64,000 nt of DNA from a candidate division FCPU426 bacterium (GCA_963719085.1 CAVRAL010000001.1:288001-352000); one strand, 5' to 3'. Positions 19,385 to 30,361 are shown, counted from the first letter of the stretch. Notes: a model not told the origin generated them from the letters alone. Made by a program: numbers and translations.

Positions 19385-22300
19385 TCGATCGGCTCCTTTT
19401 CGATTCTGGGGATTTTAAGACAAAACGAGCTTCCTTTTTCAACGACCGACTCAACCGAAATATCGCCTTTTTGCAATTCCATGAAGCTCTTGGCGATATA
19501 AAGGCCGAGTCCCGCCCCGGCCCGGGAAGCTTCCGCGCCTAAAATCCGGTCTTTCTTGAAGAGGCGGTTGAGCACGGCCTCATTCATCCCGATCCCCGTG
19601 TCCTTGACCTTGATCCACCCAAACCCGTTCTCGGCCCCGGTTTGGATGGTGATACCGCCTTTATCCGTGCATTTTAGAGCATTGTTGATGATGTTGCGCA
19701 GGGTTTCAACCGTCTTATCCCGGTCCGCCAGGACTTGGATTTCTTGGGGGGCGTTCTCCAGGATGAGGTCAAGGCCTTTGCGCTGGATCATGGCCGTGTA
19801 GTCGCGGATGGAAAGTTCCACCAAGTGGTTCAAACTGACGGGCTGCAGATCCACACTGATGATACCACGCTCAATTTTGGACAAGCTCAGTAGGTCAGAA
19901 ATGAGGCGGTAATTTTCCATGCCGATTTCCCGCATATCCGCCAGATATTCCCGCTGCTTGGGCGCCAGCGGCCCCGCCAGGCCCTCCAGCAGGTTTTCCA
20001 CATAGCCGTTGATCTCGGCCACCGGCGTTTTTAATTGGTGGGAAACCACCGAAATCAGGTCCCGTTTCATGTCATCGACCTGTTTGCGCTCGGTGATATC
20101 GGTAAAACTCACCACCGCGCCCACCACGACGCCGGATTGTTTCATCGGGTAGGAATGGTATTCCACGGGAAAGGCCGTTCCATTGGCGCGCGTAAAAACC
20201 TCGTCCGTGATGTGGCATCCTTTTCCCGCCCCAAAAGACTTGAAAATGGGGCAATCCTTGAGGGGATAGGGGGAGCCGTCGGGCCTTTGGGAATGCGCCA
20301 GATAGTGCATGTTTTTCCCCAGCACGTCCGAAAGTTTTTGGTAACCCAGTAGTTCAAGCGCCGCCGGATTACAGAAGGTGCAATGGCCTTCGGGATCAAT
20401 GCCGTAAATGCCCTCGCCCGCGGAGTCCAGGATAAGGCGCATTTGTTCCTGGCTTTCCTTGAGGGCGAACTCGGTTTCCCGGCGGGCCGTGATGTCTTCG
20501 GCCATGGTGATGATGTGAAGGGGATGCCCCTTGCTGTCTTGCACGATCAGGCTGGTTAAGCTCGCCCAAATGATCTTTTTGTTCTTGCCGATGTAGCGTT
20601 TTTCGAAGCGAAATTTGGTTTGGCCGCCGGGAGTGGGGTTTAAAAGGGGATTGGTCATCGCGGCGTCATCCGGGTGGGTAATGTCAATAAAGGACATGTT
20701 CAATAGTTCTTCCCGGCTGTATCCGAGCATTTGGCAGTAGGCTTGGTTGACATCCGTGATTCGGTTTTCGAATGACGCGAAAACCATTCCGATGGCGCTT
20801 TGTTCGAAAATCCTTCGGAAACGCTTCTCGCTTTCTTTCAAGGCCAGCTCCGCTTCCTTTTGCTCCGTGATGTTCTCGATCATGGCCAGGCGGAAAAGGG
20901 GCGTGTCGTTCATGTCGCGGATCAGCGACGCCGAGACCTTGCACCAGATCACGCGTTTGTCCTTGGTGTAGTAGCGTTTTTCGATTTGGTATTTGGGGAT
21001 GATTTTTTGGAAAAGTTTTTTGGCGAGCGCCTGGTCGATCTCGAAGTCGTCCGGATGGGCGCATTCTTTCGGGTCCATCTCCATCAATTCCTTTTTGGAG
21101 TAACCCAGCAAGTCGCAAAGGGCTTGGTTGACGTTGAGCATCCGCCAGTCGTTGAAAACCAGGGTCATGCCGATGGGGCTCTCCTCGAACAACGTCCTGA
21201 AAAACTCTTCCCGTTCCTGCAGGGCCTTCATGCTTTGCTTGCGCTCGGTGATATCCAGGAACACGCCCACGCCGTATTTGACGCGCGAAGCCTCATCCAG
21301 GATCGGCACACCCCAAACCTGGACGGGGATCACTTTGTCCGGGCGCCGGATTTCCATATCGTCCACAATCGTGCGGTCGCCGGACAAGGCCCGCACCATG
21401 GGCATTCTTTCGGCGGGGTAAAGCTGCTCGCTGTCCGACAGATAGGCTTGGTAGATTTCGGATAATTGTTCCAAGGAAGCGCGGGGGTCCAAGGGTTTTC
21501 CCAATAGGGTTTTCGCCGCCTGATTGGCGTAATAAGGTTTTCCAATATGGTCGGTCACGAAAATGCCGATGGGGATGGCCTCCAAAAACTGAAAAAGACG
21601 GTGCTCGTTTTTAAGGAGCATTTTGGTGAAAAATTTCCGCTCCGTGATGTCCCGCGCGAAAACGGTGTGAAAATTCCCGTCCCGGGTATGCCAGGAGGCG
21701 AGGGAAACTTCCACCGGAAACTCGCTTTCATCCTTGCGCTTGGCGAAAAGCTCCACCGAGCGAGTTCCCAGGGACGGGTTGGTGACCTTCAAAAAAGCCT
21801 GGAAGGCGTTGCCGCCGTGTTCTTCCATGAAGCGCTTGGGGAAGGTGGCTGTCAAAGGTTTGCCGACCAGTTCTTGCGGAGTGAAACCGAAAAGCGCCTC
21901 ACAAGCGGGATTCGCCCCGACGATGGTTCCCGTCTCATTCACCGTGATAAAGGCGTCGTTCGCCGCTTCCGCCAGGCCCCGGAATCTTTCTTCGCTGGAT
22001 TCCAGCAATTGAGCGGCTTGGTTGCGCTGGCGCATCTGACGGTTGATGAAAAAAGCCGCGAAAAAGCAAAAAAGGGAAGTCAGCAGGCCGCCGCCGAAGA
22101 TCATAAAATAAGCGTTTCGAAGCCCGATAGATTCGGCGGCCTTGCGTTGTTGGAGCAATTGGTGCTCGGTGATGACCATTTCGGTGATGGAATTATCGAT
22201 GTTCTCGTTCAAGTTTTTGGCGTGGGTCACTTGGATGAAGCGCACCAGGGCCTGGTCATTGGCGGTGCGGGTGAGGCGGGAACCGGCGTCCACTTCGGCG

Positions 22301-22668
22301 AGCTTCTCACTAATGAGATATTTTAAACCGCTTAAATAGGATTGTTGGATAATGTCGTCCGACGTCAATTTTTGGATTTCGTTGAAATCATTGGGGATTA
22401 GTTTTTTCTCGGTCTCGAAAAGAACGAAATAAGAACGGTTGTGGGTGAGAAAATATTCCTGCAGGGGCCGGTCCAAATTCCGGATATCGGAGCGCAGTTC
22501 CTCGAGCGAGTCCAAGACCTGATAGGTATGCTCGACCCAATTGGTTTGGCTTTCCACGTGGCGCAAGGAAACAAAGGAGATGAAGGCGATTCCCAAAAGC
22601 GCCGCGATGGCCAAGCCGAAACTGAGGCCCACGATGGTTGAGTTTTGTTTTTTTAACAGCCGGATCAT
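19381..22668 (-). CDS. CHASE3/5xPAS sensor histidine kinase
   Basis: TM-WVEHTYQV (CHASE3)-TM, five PAS/PAC repeats, SHQLKTP H-box, GAGLGL. Confidence 0.92.
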   Translation of the reverse strand: MIRLLKKQNSTIVGLSFGLAIAALLGIAFISFVSLRHVESQTNWVEHTYQVLDSLEELRSDIRNLDRPLQEYFLTHNRSYFVLFETEKKLIPNDFNEIQKLTSDDIIQQSYLSGLKYLISEKLAEVDAGSRLTRTANDQALVRFIQVTHAKNLNENIDNSITEMVITEHQLLQQRKAAESIGLRNAYFMIFGGGLLTSLFCFFAAFFINRQMRQRNQAAQLLESSEERFRGLAEAANDAFITVNETGTIVGANPACEALFGFTPQELVGKPLTATFPKRFMEEHGGNAFQAFLKVTNPSLGTRSVELFAKRKDESEFPVEVSLASWHTRDGNFHTVFARDITERKFFTKMLLKNEHRLFQFLEAIPIGIFVTDHIGKPYYANQAAKTLLGKPLDPRASLEQLSEIYQAYLSDSEQLYPAERMPMVRALSGDRTIVDDMEIRRPDKVIPVQVWGVPILDEASRVKYGVGVFLDITERKQSMKALQEREEFFRTLFEESPIGMTLVFNDWRMLNVNQALCDLLGYSKKELMEMDPKECAHPDDFEIDQALAKKLFQKIIPKYQIEKRYYTKDKRVIWCKVSASLIRDMNDTPLFRLAMIENITEQKEAELALKESEKRFRRIFEQSAIGMVFASFENRITDVNQAYCQMLGYSREELLNMSFIDITHPDDAAMTNPLLNPTPGGQTKFRFEKRYIGKNKKIIWASLTSLIVQDSKGHPLHIITMAEDITARRETEFALKESQEQMRLILDSAGEGIYGIDPEGHCTFCNPAALELLGYQKLSDVLGKNMHYLAHSQRPDGSPYPLKDCPIFKSFGAGKGCHITDEVFTRANGTAFPVEYHSYPMKQSGVVVGAVVSFTDITERKQVDDMKRDLISVVSHQLKTPVAEINGYVENLLEGLAGPLAPKQREYLADMREIGMENYRLISDLLSLSKIERGIISVDLQPVSLNHLVELSIRDYTAMIQRKGLDLILENAPQEIQVLADRDKTVETLRNIINNALKCTDKGGITIQTGAENGFGWIKVKDTGIGMNEAVLNRLFKKDRILGAEASRAGAGLGLYIAKSFMELQKGDISVESVVEKGSSFCLKIPRIEKEPIE

Positions 22669-22794
22669 CCGACACCCTTGTTCATGAGCGAATGGAAGGC
22701 CCGGTTATTTTCTCAAAAAAGAGGGCTGGTTAGGGCCGAAAATAAAAAAACAAAAGGGGCGGTGGGTAATTTTGACACAGTTTGGGCGATTTGC

Positions 22795-23973
22795 TCAGGC
22801 GGAGGGTTTTAAGACTCGCGGCGGGTCCATTTTGAGGCCCGTTTCGGTTTTTCGGGAGGCCCGAACCAGTATTTCGCATTCCTTGATCAAATTTCCGTTG
22901 ATGACCTGCCATTCATAGGCCTTCGCGCTTTTAAGCGCCCCCGCCTTGAGCCGGCGGACGAGGACCGGATTGTCCAACAGCTTCTGGGTTTGGCGGGCGA
23001 AATCGGCCCAGTCCTTGGGACGGGCGAGAAATCCGTTGACGCCGGGCTTCACCAGATCCGAGGATCCCCCCTTATCGGCCCCGATCACGGGAAGCCCGGA
23101 GGCGAAAGCTTCCAAGACAACGTTTCCAAAGGTTTCCGTGGTGGAGGGGAACACGAATAGGTCGGCGGAGGCGTAAAGCTCGGCCAGCGGTTTGCCTTGG
23201 ATAAAACCGAAAAAATGATCTTTCGGGAACCGGGCCTGAAGCGGCGCGCGCATTGGTCCGTCCCCCGCGAAGGCCAGGTGAAAGCGGTAGTCTTTTTTCC
23301 TTAACTCAAGCGCGGCCTGGGCCAAGTCCTCCAAATCTTTTTCCCCCACCATCCGGCCTACGAAGAGCAGCAGCGGTTTTTTCCCGATTCCCAGTTCGCG
23401 GCGCAAGGCTTGGCTTCGAAACTCGGGGGAGAATTTTTTACTGTCGATGCCCCGGGGCCAGAGTCGCACATTTTGGAAGCCCCGGCGGGTTAGTTCCGCG
23501 GCGGTTCCGGGCGCGGGCGCGTAGGTGGCCAGGCTCCGGTTGTAAAACCAACGCATATAATTCCAGCCCCAGGAGGTCACGGACCCAAACCCGTAATAGG
23601 GAAAGTAATCCACGAAATGGGTGTGGTAGCTGGCCACCGTGGGGATGCCACGGCGTTTGGCGTAATCTTGGGCGTAAAAGCAAAGCGGCGTGGGCGCGGC
23701 CACTTGGATCAAGTCGGGTTTGAAATCATCCAAGGACCGGGTCAGGCCCTGGATATAGGGAATGCTGACGCGGTAATAGTCGTACAGTGGAAAAGGAAAA
23801 GAGGGAAGGCGGTGGGCGCGGCCGCGCCAAGGCTCTTGTTCCCCGGGTTTGACGGGGGCGAAAAAACGAAAGTCGATCTTTTGAAGGTTCAGGGTTTCCG
23901 CCAGGCGGGTGTAGGTGCGGGCCACTCCATCGGTCAAGGGCGGAAGGCTTTCCGTGAAATAAGCGATGCGCAA
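22795..23973 (-). CDS. Glycosyltransferase GT4 (MgtA/PimB-like)
   Basis: RIAYFTES, SYHTHF, ETFGNVVLEAFASG; probable TTG start after GGGGAG. Confidence 0.9.
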   Translation of the reverse strand: MRIAYFTESLPPLTDGVARTYTRLAETLNLQKIDFRFFAPVKPGEQEPWRGRAHRLPSFPFPLYDYYRVSIPYIQGLTRSLDDFKPDLIQVAAPTPLCFYAQDYAKRRGIPTVASYHTHFVDYFPYYGFGSVTSWGWNYMRWFYNRSLATYAPAPGTAAELTRRGFQNVRLWPRGIDSKKFSPEFRSQALRRELGIGKKPLLLFVGRMVGEKDLEDLAQAALELRKKDYRFHLAFAGDGPMRAPLQARFPKDHFFGFIQGKPLAELYASADLFVFPSTTETFGNVVLEAFASGLPVIGADKGGSSDLVKPGVNGFLARPKDWADFARQTQKLLDNPVLVRRLKAGALKSAKAYEWQVINGNLIKECEILVRASRKTETGLKMDPPRVLKPSA

Positions 23974-24141
23974 AAAAAACTCCCCGTTCAAGGATGGGCG
24001 TTAGCCTAGGGGCCGGCGGTAGGGGCCGAGTCAATTTTCAGTTAAGTTTGGGTAACATTTAAATGAACGCGCGCCGGTTGCTTTTACCCGCCCGCGAGGG
24101 TTTTAATAAAACCTCAAAATTCGGATCGGCGAGGTGCGCGC

Positions 24142-25122
24142 GTGAAAAAAGTGGCTTTAGGCAAACAAGGCTTAACGGTTTCCCGTTTGGGATTGGGCTG
24201 CATGGGAATGTCGGAGTTTTACGGCGGGAGGGATGAGGCCGAATCGATCGCCACCCTTCATCAGGCGTTGGACCTGGGCGTCGACTTTTTTGACACGGCC
24301 GATATGTATGGGCCCTTTACCAATGAGGAACTTATCGGGAAGGCCTTTGAGGGAAAAAGAAACCAGCTGATTTTGGCCACCAAATTCGGGAATCAAAGAA
24401 GCCCGGAAGGAAAATATTTAGGCGTGAACGGCCGTCCCGAATACGTGGTTCAATGCTGCGACAACTCCCTGCGCCGCTTGAGGACCGACCACATCGACCT
24501 TTATTATCAGCACCGGGTCGACCCTAACACGCCGATCGAGGAAACTGTGGGAGCCATGGCGGGTTTGGTGAAACAAGGGAAGGTTCGTTACTTGGGGCTT
24601 TCGGAGGCGGCTCCCGCCACGATCCGCAAGGCCCATGCGGTTCATCCCATCACGGCGCTCCAGACGGAATACTCGCTCTGGTCCCGGGATCCGGAAACCG
24701 AGCTGTTAAAGACGGTCCGGGGACTGGGCATCGGATTCGTGCCTTATAGCCCCTTGGGTCGAGGGTTCTTGACGGGTTCCTTCAAAAGTTTGGCCGATCT
24801 GCCCGAAGGGGATTGGCGCAAGCACAACCCTAGGTTTTCTGAAGCCAATTTTGAAAGTAATTTGAAACTGACCGAGACGGTGAGGGCGATGGCGACCGCG
24901 AAGAACATCACTTCGGCCCAACTGGCGCTGGCGTGGGTTTTGGCCCAGGGCGAGGATATTGTTCCGATTCCTGGAACCAAGAAAAGAAACCGGCTGGTGG
25001 AAAACGCCGGGGCGGTCGAGGTTCAATTGACGCCCGCGGAGCTTAAAAAACTGGACGAGGCTTTCCCGTTGGGGGCCGCGGCGGGACAGCGCTATCCGGA
25101 TATGAGTTCGGTGAACCGCTAA
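24142..25122 (+). CDS. Aldo/keto reductase
   Basis: [28 protein letters not shown] motifs. Confidence 0.95.
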   Translation: MKKVALGKQGLTVSRLGLGCMGMSEFYGGRDEAESIATLHQALDLGVDFFDTADMYGPFTNEELIGKAFEGKRNQLILATKFGNQRSPEGKYLGVNGRPEYVVQCCDNSLRRLRTDHIDLYYQHRVDPNTPIEETVGAMAGLVKQGKVRYLGLSEAAPATIRKAHAVHPITALQTEYSLWSRDPETELLKTVRGLGIGFVPYSPLGRGFLTGSFKSLADLPEGDWRKHNPRFSEANFESNLKLTETVRAMATAKNITSAQLALAWVLAQGEDIVPIPGTKKRNRLVENAGAVEVQLTPAELKKLDEAFPLGAAAGQRYPDMSSVNR

Positions 25123-25541
25123 ATGGAGTTAAACTCCACGGTCCATTCGATTCCATACTTGTCCCTGAACATCGCGAAATAAGTGCCCCAAGGACTATCG
25201 GCGATCGGCATTTCCACTGTTCCGCCCGCTGAAAGCCCGTTGAATAATTTATCCGCTTCTTCTTTGCTTCCCGCGCTGACCGCGATTTTGGACCTATTCT
25301 CGTTTTCGCTCACCCGTCCCATGCTTTCGGGGACGTCATTGGCGATTAAGGTGTTCGGGCCGATGGGCAAGGCGATATGCATTATTTTATTCGCGTCCTT
25401 TTCAGACACTTTGAATCCGGGGAAGGATAGGTCTTTGAAACGGATGATTTTGGAGAATTCTCCGCCAAAGACTGATTTGTAAAAGGTGAAGGCTTCTTCG
25501 GCGTTTCCGTTGAAGTTAATGTAAGGATTGATGGTTGGCAT
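25119..25541 (-). CDS. VOC/PhnB family protein
   Basis: [24 protein letters not shown]...WG...DKYGIEW. Confidence 0.9.
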   Translation of the reverse strand: MPTINPYINFNGNAEEAFTFYKSVFGGEFSKIIRFKDLSFPGFKVSEKDANKIMHIALPIGPNTLIANDVPESMGRVSENENRSKIAVSAGSKEEADKLFNGLSAGGTVEMPIADSPWGTYFAMFRDKYGIEWTVEFNSI

Positions 25542-25674
25542 CATTATTTCCTTTGATGAAACGAATTCTGTAACGGTTATTTTTCTCATGAAGGGGACTA
25601 TGAGGTCAAGCCGTGACTAAGGATAAAGATGGGCCGGGTTGTAAGCCCGGCCCAGGTTAGTTCCTGAGTGGGTG

Positions 25675-26577
25675 TTAAAAACGAACTCCCGTCAATTCCT
25701 CAGACTTCTTCCAAAGTTCTTGGCGGAGTGTTTTATCCATCGCTTCTTTAGGCAATTTCACGAAGCCGGAGGGGCCGCTCATTTCCACGAAGCAGGTGGG
25801 GCCGATATAGGATTCTTTGGTCGCGCGGTCGGTCGAAATGGCAAAAAGGATAGGTTCGGACACCCGGTCGATCGGCTGGCCGATCGTATTTTGGATGAAA
25901 TCACCGAGGCGTTTTGTTGGGCCTCCGAGGTTTCGATTAATACCGGTGCTCGCCGTTCCTGGATGCACCGGAATACTCAAGATGCCTGAACCTGGGGCTT
26001 TTTCATTCAATTCGACGCCGAAAAGCACGTTGGCTAATTTCGATTTGCCATAGGCATCCATAGGCGAATAAGAATGTTCCCTTTGAAGGTCGGAAAGATC
26101 CAAGTGGGCCCAACGGCCGGCTTGAGAACTAACCGTGATCACCCGGGCATGGGCGCTTTTCTTAAGCGCGGGCATGAGGCGGCCTGTCAGGGCGAAATGG
26201 CCCAAATGGTTGGTGCCCATATGCATCTCAAATCCGTTTTCGGTCACTTCCCTTTGGGGAACGGCCATGACCCCGGCACAATTCACCAAAATATCCAGGG
26301 GCCTATTCAGGTTCAATATCTTTTCGGAAAAGGTTTGGATTGAACTAAGGCTCGCTAAGTTTAAAAGCTCATAACTTATTTTCGCTAGAGGGGAAGAGGA
26401 CAAGATATCGGCGACAGCTTGTTTTCCTTTTGGGTCATCGCGGACACCTAAAATGACTTCGGCGCCTTTAGATACCAACGCCTTCGCGACTTGATAGGCA
26501 ATACCGGTGCCCCCGGTAATGACGACCCATTTGCCGGTTTGATCCGGCATTTGATCTACCGTCCATCTCTTTTTCAT
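25675..26577 (-). CDS. SDR oxidoreductase (retinol-dehydrogenase-like)
   Basis: TGG glycine motif, NCAGVM, NHLGHF, YGKSK. Confidence 0.92.
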   Translation of the reverse strand: MKKRWTVDQMPDQTGKWVVITGGTGIAYQVAKALVSKGAEVILGVRDDPKGKQAVADILSSSPLAKISYELLNLASLSSIQTFSEKILNLNRPLDILVNCAGVMAVPQREVTENGFEMHMGTNHLGHFALTGRLMPALKKSAHARVITVSSQAGRWAHLDLSDLQREHSYSPMDAYGKSKLANVLFGVELNEKAPGSGILSIPVHPGTASTGINRNLGGPTKRLGDFIQNTIGQPIDRVSEPILFAISTDRATKESYIGPTCFVEMSGPSGFVKLPKEAMDKTLRQELWKKSEELTGVRF

Positions 26578-26635
26578 AATATCCTCCCTAAAAACTTGAT
26601 TTTAACTTCGGGTCGGCCATGCTGGGATCGATCCG

Positions 26636-26683
26636 TCTATTACATATTGACAATTAAATTAAAAAATGTCAATATGTAATAGA
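26636..26683. promoter_or_regulatory. Inverted-repeat operator / divergent promoters for SDR and TetR genes
   Basis: Perfect 17-bp IR tctattacatattgaca-N14-tgtcaatatgtaataga, with TTGACA on both strands. Confidence 0.75.
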
Positions 26684-26720
26684 AGCGGCGATGGGATTTG
26701 AGATTCGGGAGGTTTCAAAG

Positions 26721-27263
26721 ATGGATTCCGTTAAAAAGACAACACCCGCCAATGACGAGGCGCGGCGGACCCTTATTCTGGGCGCGGCCTTGGAATGTTT
26801 CCTCAAATTCGGCTATTCCAAAACTTCTTTGGACGACATCGCCAAAGAGGCGAGACTTTCCCGGCCCCTTTTGTATTTGAAATATAAAAATAAGGAAGAA
26901 ATTTTTAGGGGTGTTTTTGGTTTTGTCATCGGAGATGGGTATGAAGCGGCCAAGAGGGCCGTAGACAGTTCGAGCGAAAAAAGGAAAAAACTGTTCGCGG
27001 TCTATGAGGCGCTTTTATTAAAGCCGTGGGAAAAAGTAATGGGTAAGCCCATGTCGAAAGAGTTTTATGATACCTGTACCTATCTTTTTCCCGACCTGAG
27101 CCTGAACCACAAAAAGATGATCTCGAGGTATACCGTGGCCATCCTTGAAGACAAGAAATTGGCCGAGGTTTTTGCTTTGGCCGCGGAAGGTTTACAAAAT
27201 GATTTGCCGGATGGTGAAGCTTTGAGGGAACGCTTTCATATTTTATTACAGCAATTTTTTTGA
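26721..27263 (+). CDS. TetR/AcrR family regulator
   Basis: ILGAALECFLKFGYSKTSLDDIAKEARLSRPLLYLKYKNKEEIF HTH; GGAGG RBS. Confidence 0.92.
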   Translation: MDSVKKTTPANDEARRTLILGAALECFLKFGYSKTSLDDIAKEARLSRPLLYLKYKNKEEIFRGVFGFVIGDGYEAAKRAVDSSSEKRKKLFAVYEALLLKPWEKVMGKPMSKEFYDTCTYLFPDLSLNHKKMISRYTVAILEDKKLAEVFALAAEGLQNDLPDGEALRERFHILLQQFF

Positions 27264-27315
27264 GGGGGCTTGCCGTTCAAATAAAACGCGGATGCAAAAG
27301 ACGTGACGTCATTCG

Positions 27316-27474
27316 TTAACTCTTCCAGACGCTTCGGTCCAAATTTTGGTATTGGATGGCTTCCACGATATAGGACGATTGATATTTTCCTCGTTGTCCA
27401 GGTCCGCGATGGTGCGGGCGACCTTCAAGATGCGGTCAAAGGCCCGGGCGGACAATCCAAACCGATCCACGGCG
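27316..27474 (-). pseudogene. comM: Duplicated 3' fragment of comM (att-like direct repeat)
   Basis: Matches 30362-30521 with about 12 substitutions and a 1-bp deletion by manual alignment; encodes [24 protein letters not shown]. Confidence 0.9.
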
Positions 27475-27720
27475 GATTCAATAAATCCGCAGGGCAGTGG
27501 AAGCCATGTCATTATCTAGGCAATTAAATATCTCGTAAATAGAGGTTCTTCCAAAAAGAGGGCGATTTTTTATGAGTCAATGAGTTCGAAGAGACTCGCC
27601 GAAGTTTTTGGGTTACAGGGTTTATTTTTGAAAAAGCCTGTTTTCCAGCATTGTTTTTTTTGTATAGTGCCACAAGGGCAGGCCGTTTTAATAATTTCCA
27701 CGAATTAATAAAGGAGAAGT

Positions 27721-30177
27721 ATGCAGAACTACTCCCGCTATTTCGGTTCCCGTTGGACTCCCGGATTTTTATTCCCTGTAGGTTGTTTCTTCCTGTTGTC
27801 GGGTCTTTCCCTGCCGGTTTTTTCTCAGACCTCCGATTCTGCACTTGTTTCCGCGATTGTCAGCGGAAAATCCGCATCGACAACGCAGGCGGCTGCCATT
27901 GAAAAACTTTCCTTGGATTCCGCCAAGAAGCTGAATGCCCGGGTGGTCTATTTCCAACAACCGGCTTTCAAGGCCCGAACCCTCTTACTGAAAATCCCCA
28001 AAACCCTGACGGCCCAGCAGATTAAGCTTTCCGACCAAGCCGCCCTAGAACATCTCAGCGGCTTGGTGAAGGGCAACCCTGTCGTGCTGCGCCAAACCCT
28101 GGGCATCCTTTCCAACTACACGAACACGTACACTGGAGTAGCCCGAAATAATCGACCCTTCGGCAACCGACCCGTGACCCTGAATTTTCCCGTGACCTTG
28201 AATCCTTCCTTAATTTGCGCGATGTCCGGGGCCGCCAGCCAGTTTGGCGCGCCTGCGACCTCCTATGCGCCCGCGGTACCCAATGAATCTCTGCCGGTCA
28301 TCGCCAGCGGAGGAGATGGGGCCATTTCCACGCCCATGAGCATCACCGGAAACGTTTCTACCCAGCCGGGATGGTTTGGATTCATGAACGGAACCTATAA
28401 TTATCCTAATAGCTCCCCCAGCCTGCAGGCGCCGATGTCGCAGATCGGCATTACCCTCACGGGAGGCTGTATAGTGCCAAGCACGACGGGTATCGTCCAA
28501 ACGGTTTGTCTCTTCAAAGATTCGGGAAAATTGAATGAAACTATTCAGGGAACCGAAGTCCTTTACGGCGGGAATCATGGCCACTATGAGATGAAACTGC
28601 AGGTCTTGAAGATGAACGCCCAAGGAATTCCCCAGTTTAACGCCCAGGGCCAGCCGGATTTTGAGGACGCTGGACCTGTGGGTACTTTAGATCTTTATGG
28701 GCCGGGGTCCAATCAGCCCGGTGCCGCCGGCGTAAGCCAAATGGTCATAGGCATGCTGTCGGCCTCGGCCACTTTCGGTCAGATCGCCAATGTGGCGCGG
28801 GTGGCGGTGCGCTGTTACCTCGGGGATACCCGCGTGGGAAGCCAATCCTATGATGTGGGCGCCGGGTTCGTGAACAACAATGGAGGCCACGCTACCCCGG
28901 GTTACCAAGACACCTTTCCGGAGGCTTATTACTCTCCCACGTCTTCGAATGCCTTCGCGCCGGCCTGGAATTACGAGGCCCCCTTTGAAGTGGATGTGGT
29001 CCCCACGGAAATGTTCCAGGTCAAGTATATGCCCCTGGCCATTGTCTATGCGCCGCCGGGCGACGGGTCCAGCGCCAACTATAAAATTTCAAACACCTAC
29101 ACCAGCAAGTTCACTCTGCAGGACGCCTGGGCCAACAAGTACACCAACAGCAACCTGACGGTCTCTACTTTCGCCTTGAACCTGGGAGCCAATTTTCCGG
29201 TCTACAATGTCAGCGGGGGATATAACACCGAGTGGGACGTCAACACGACCGCGGTGACCAACACCACCAATACAGTGCAGAACGCCTGGTCCATGTCCTC
29301 CTCGAACAGCATTCAGGTCGGCGCTCAGATGGGCGGATTACCTCCCAATGACTCCGAGCCATTCAACGCTCAGCCCTTTTGGGCGGACCAGTACATCCTG
29401 ATTCCCCACGCGCAGTTCGCGGTTTGGAACTACCAGCCCTCCAACGGTGGGGACGGGCCGGCCTTGAACATCATGCAGTTGGTTGGAATTCCAATCGCCG
29501 AATATCCCGCATCGGTCGGACAGCTAGCCGACTGCGCCCTTTCCGGATTCTGCTCCAGTCAATGTTCACTCAACACGATACTCACGGGAGCGGGGTATGA
29601 CGCCTTGTCCCCCTACGAGGCTTCCTGCCTGCTGTCGCTAGATCCCTTCTACACGGCCCAGTGGCAGGGTTGGCCGGGATTGACCGGATCATCGACGCCT
29701 GTGGCCAATACCGACACGGGGGGGAGGGGAGCCTTGGTGGTGAAAACCGCTTTTGGAGCGGAGCCTAGTTCCTCGGGTAATGCGAACGCCGGTTCGAAAG
29801 ACCTGACCGTTATTCAGGACAGCATTACTCAGACGACCGACACAACCCTGACCAAGCAGATCGCCTACGCTTCCAGCGTGGAAACCGACTTTAAGCAAAC
29901 AACAACCATGGGAGGCGGGGCCAATTTCAGCCCGGTTTCCATGGTGTCGGGGAGCTTGGGATTATCGTCCTCAAGCAGTAGCACAGCTAAGACCATCACT
30001 GAATTGGACTTCACTCCGCAAACCAGCAATGAGACGACTGTGGCCAACCAAGTGCAGGTCACGGGTAACTTGGGCAACTCTGGTTCGGAGATTTCAGTGA
30101 ATGTATACGAAGATCTGCTTTACGGCGGACTCATGTTCCAAGATGTGGGAGAGCCCCAGCCGCCGGTTCAACCGTAA
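27721..30177 (+). CDS. Secreted hypothetical protein, Ser/Thr-rich beta-strand C-terminal domain
   Basis: AAGGAG RBS; signal peptide; 818 aa; followed by terminator. Confidence 0.8.
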   Translation: MQNYSRYFGSRWTPGFLFPVGCFFLLSGLSLPVFSQTSDSALVSAIVSGKSASTTQAAAIEKLSLDSAKKLNARVVYFQQPAFKARTLLLKIPKTLTAQQIKLSDQAALEHLSGLVKGNPVVLRQTLGILSNYTNTYTGVARNNRPFGNRPVTLNFPVTLNPSLICAMSGAASQFGAPATSYAPAVPNESLPVIASGGDGAISTPMSITGNVSTQPGWFGFMNGTYNYPNSSPSLQAPMSQIGITLTGGCIVPSTTGIVQTVCLFKDSGKLNETIQGTEVLYGGNHGHYEMKLQVLKMNAQGIPQFNAQGQPDFEDAGPVGTLDLYGPGSNQPGAAGVSQMVIGMLSASATFGQIANVARVAVRCYLGDTRVGSQSYDVGAGFVNNNGGHATPGYQDTFPEAYYSPTSSNAFAPAWNYEAPFEVDVVPTEMFQVKYMPLAIVYAPPGDGSSANYKISNTYTSKFTLQDAWANKYTNSNLTVSTFALNLGANFPVYNVSGGYNTEWDVNTTAVTNTTNTVQNAWSMSSSNSIQVGAQMGGLPPNDSEPFNAQPFWADQYILIPHAQFAVWNYQPSNGGDGPALNIMQLVGIPIAEYPASVGQLADCALSGFCSSQCSLNTILTGAGYDALSPYEASCLLSLDPFYTAQWQGWPGLTGSSTPVANTDTGGRGALVVKTAFGAEPSSSGNANAGSKDLTVIQDSITQTTDTTLTKQIAYASSVETDFKQTTTMGGGANFSPVSMVSGSLGLSSSSSSTAKTITELDFTPQTSNETTVANQVQVTGNLGNSGSEISVNVYEDLLYGGLMFQDVGEPQPPVQP

Positions 30178-30196
30178 AACCGTAAGTGTAAAAAGG

Positions 30197-30228
30197 AAAG
30201 CCGGGCGGGAATTCCGCTCGGCTTTTTT
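30197..30228 (+). terminator. Intrinsic terminator
   Basis: aaagccgggcgg / ccgctcggctttttt. Confidence 0.75.
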
Positions 30229-30361
30229 ATTATTCCTATAGTCCAACTTCGGGTCTGCCAGCGGACGACGGCGATGGATCCTTTCATATTTAACCATGCG
30301 CTTTATTGGGTTTTCTTGATTAATTCCATGGGTGGACTCTGCCCGCTGGAGAACTAATGGA

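Larger units (their letters stand above)
27475..30361. mobile_element. Genomic islet at the comM 3' end, no integrase
   Basis: Bounded by the two comM 3' copies; contains one orphan gene. Confidence 0.6.
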
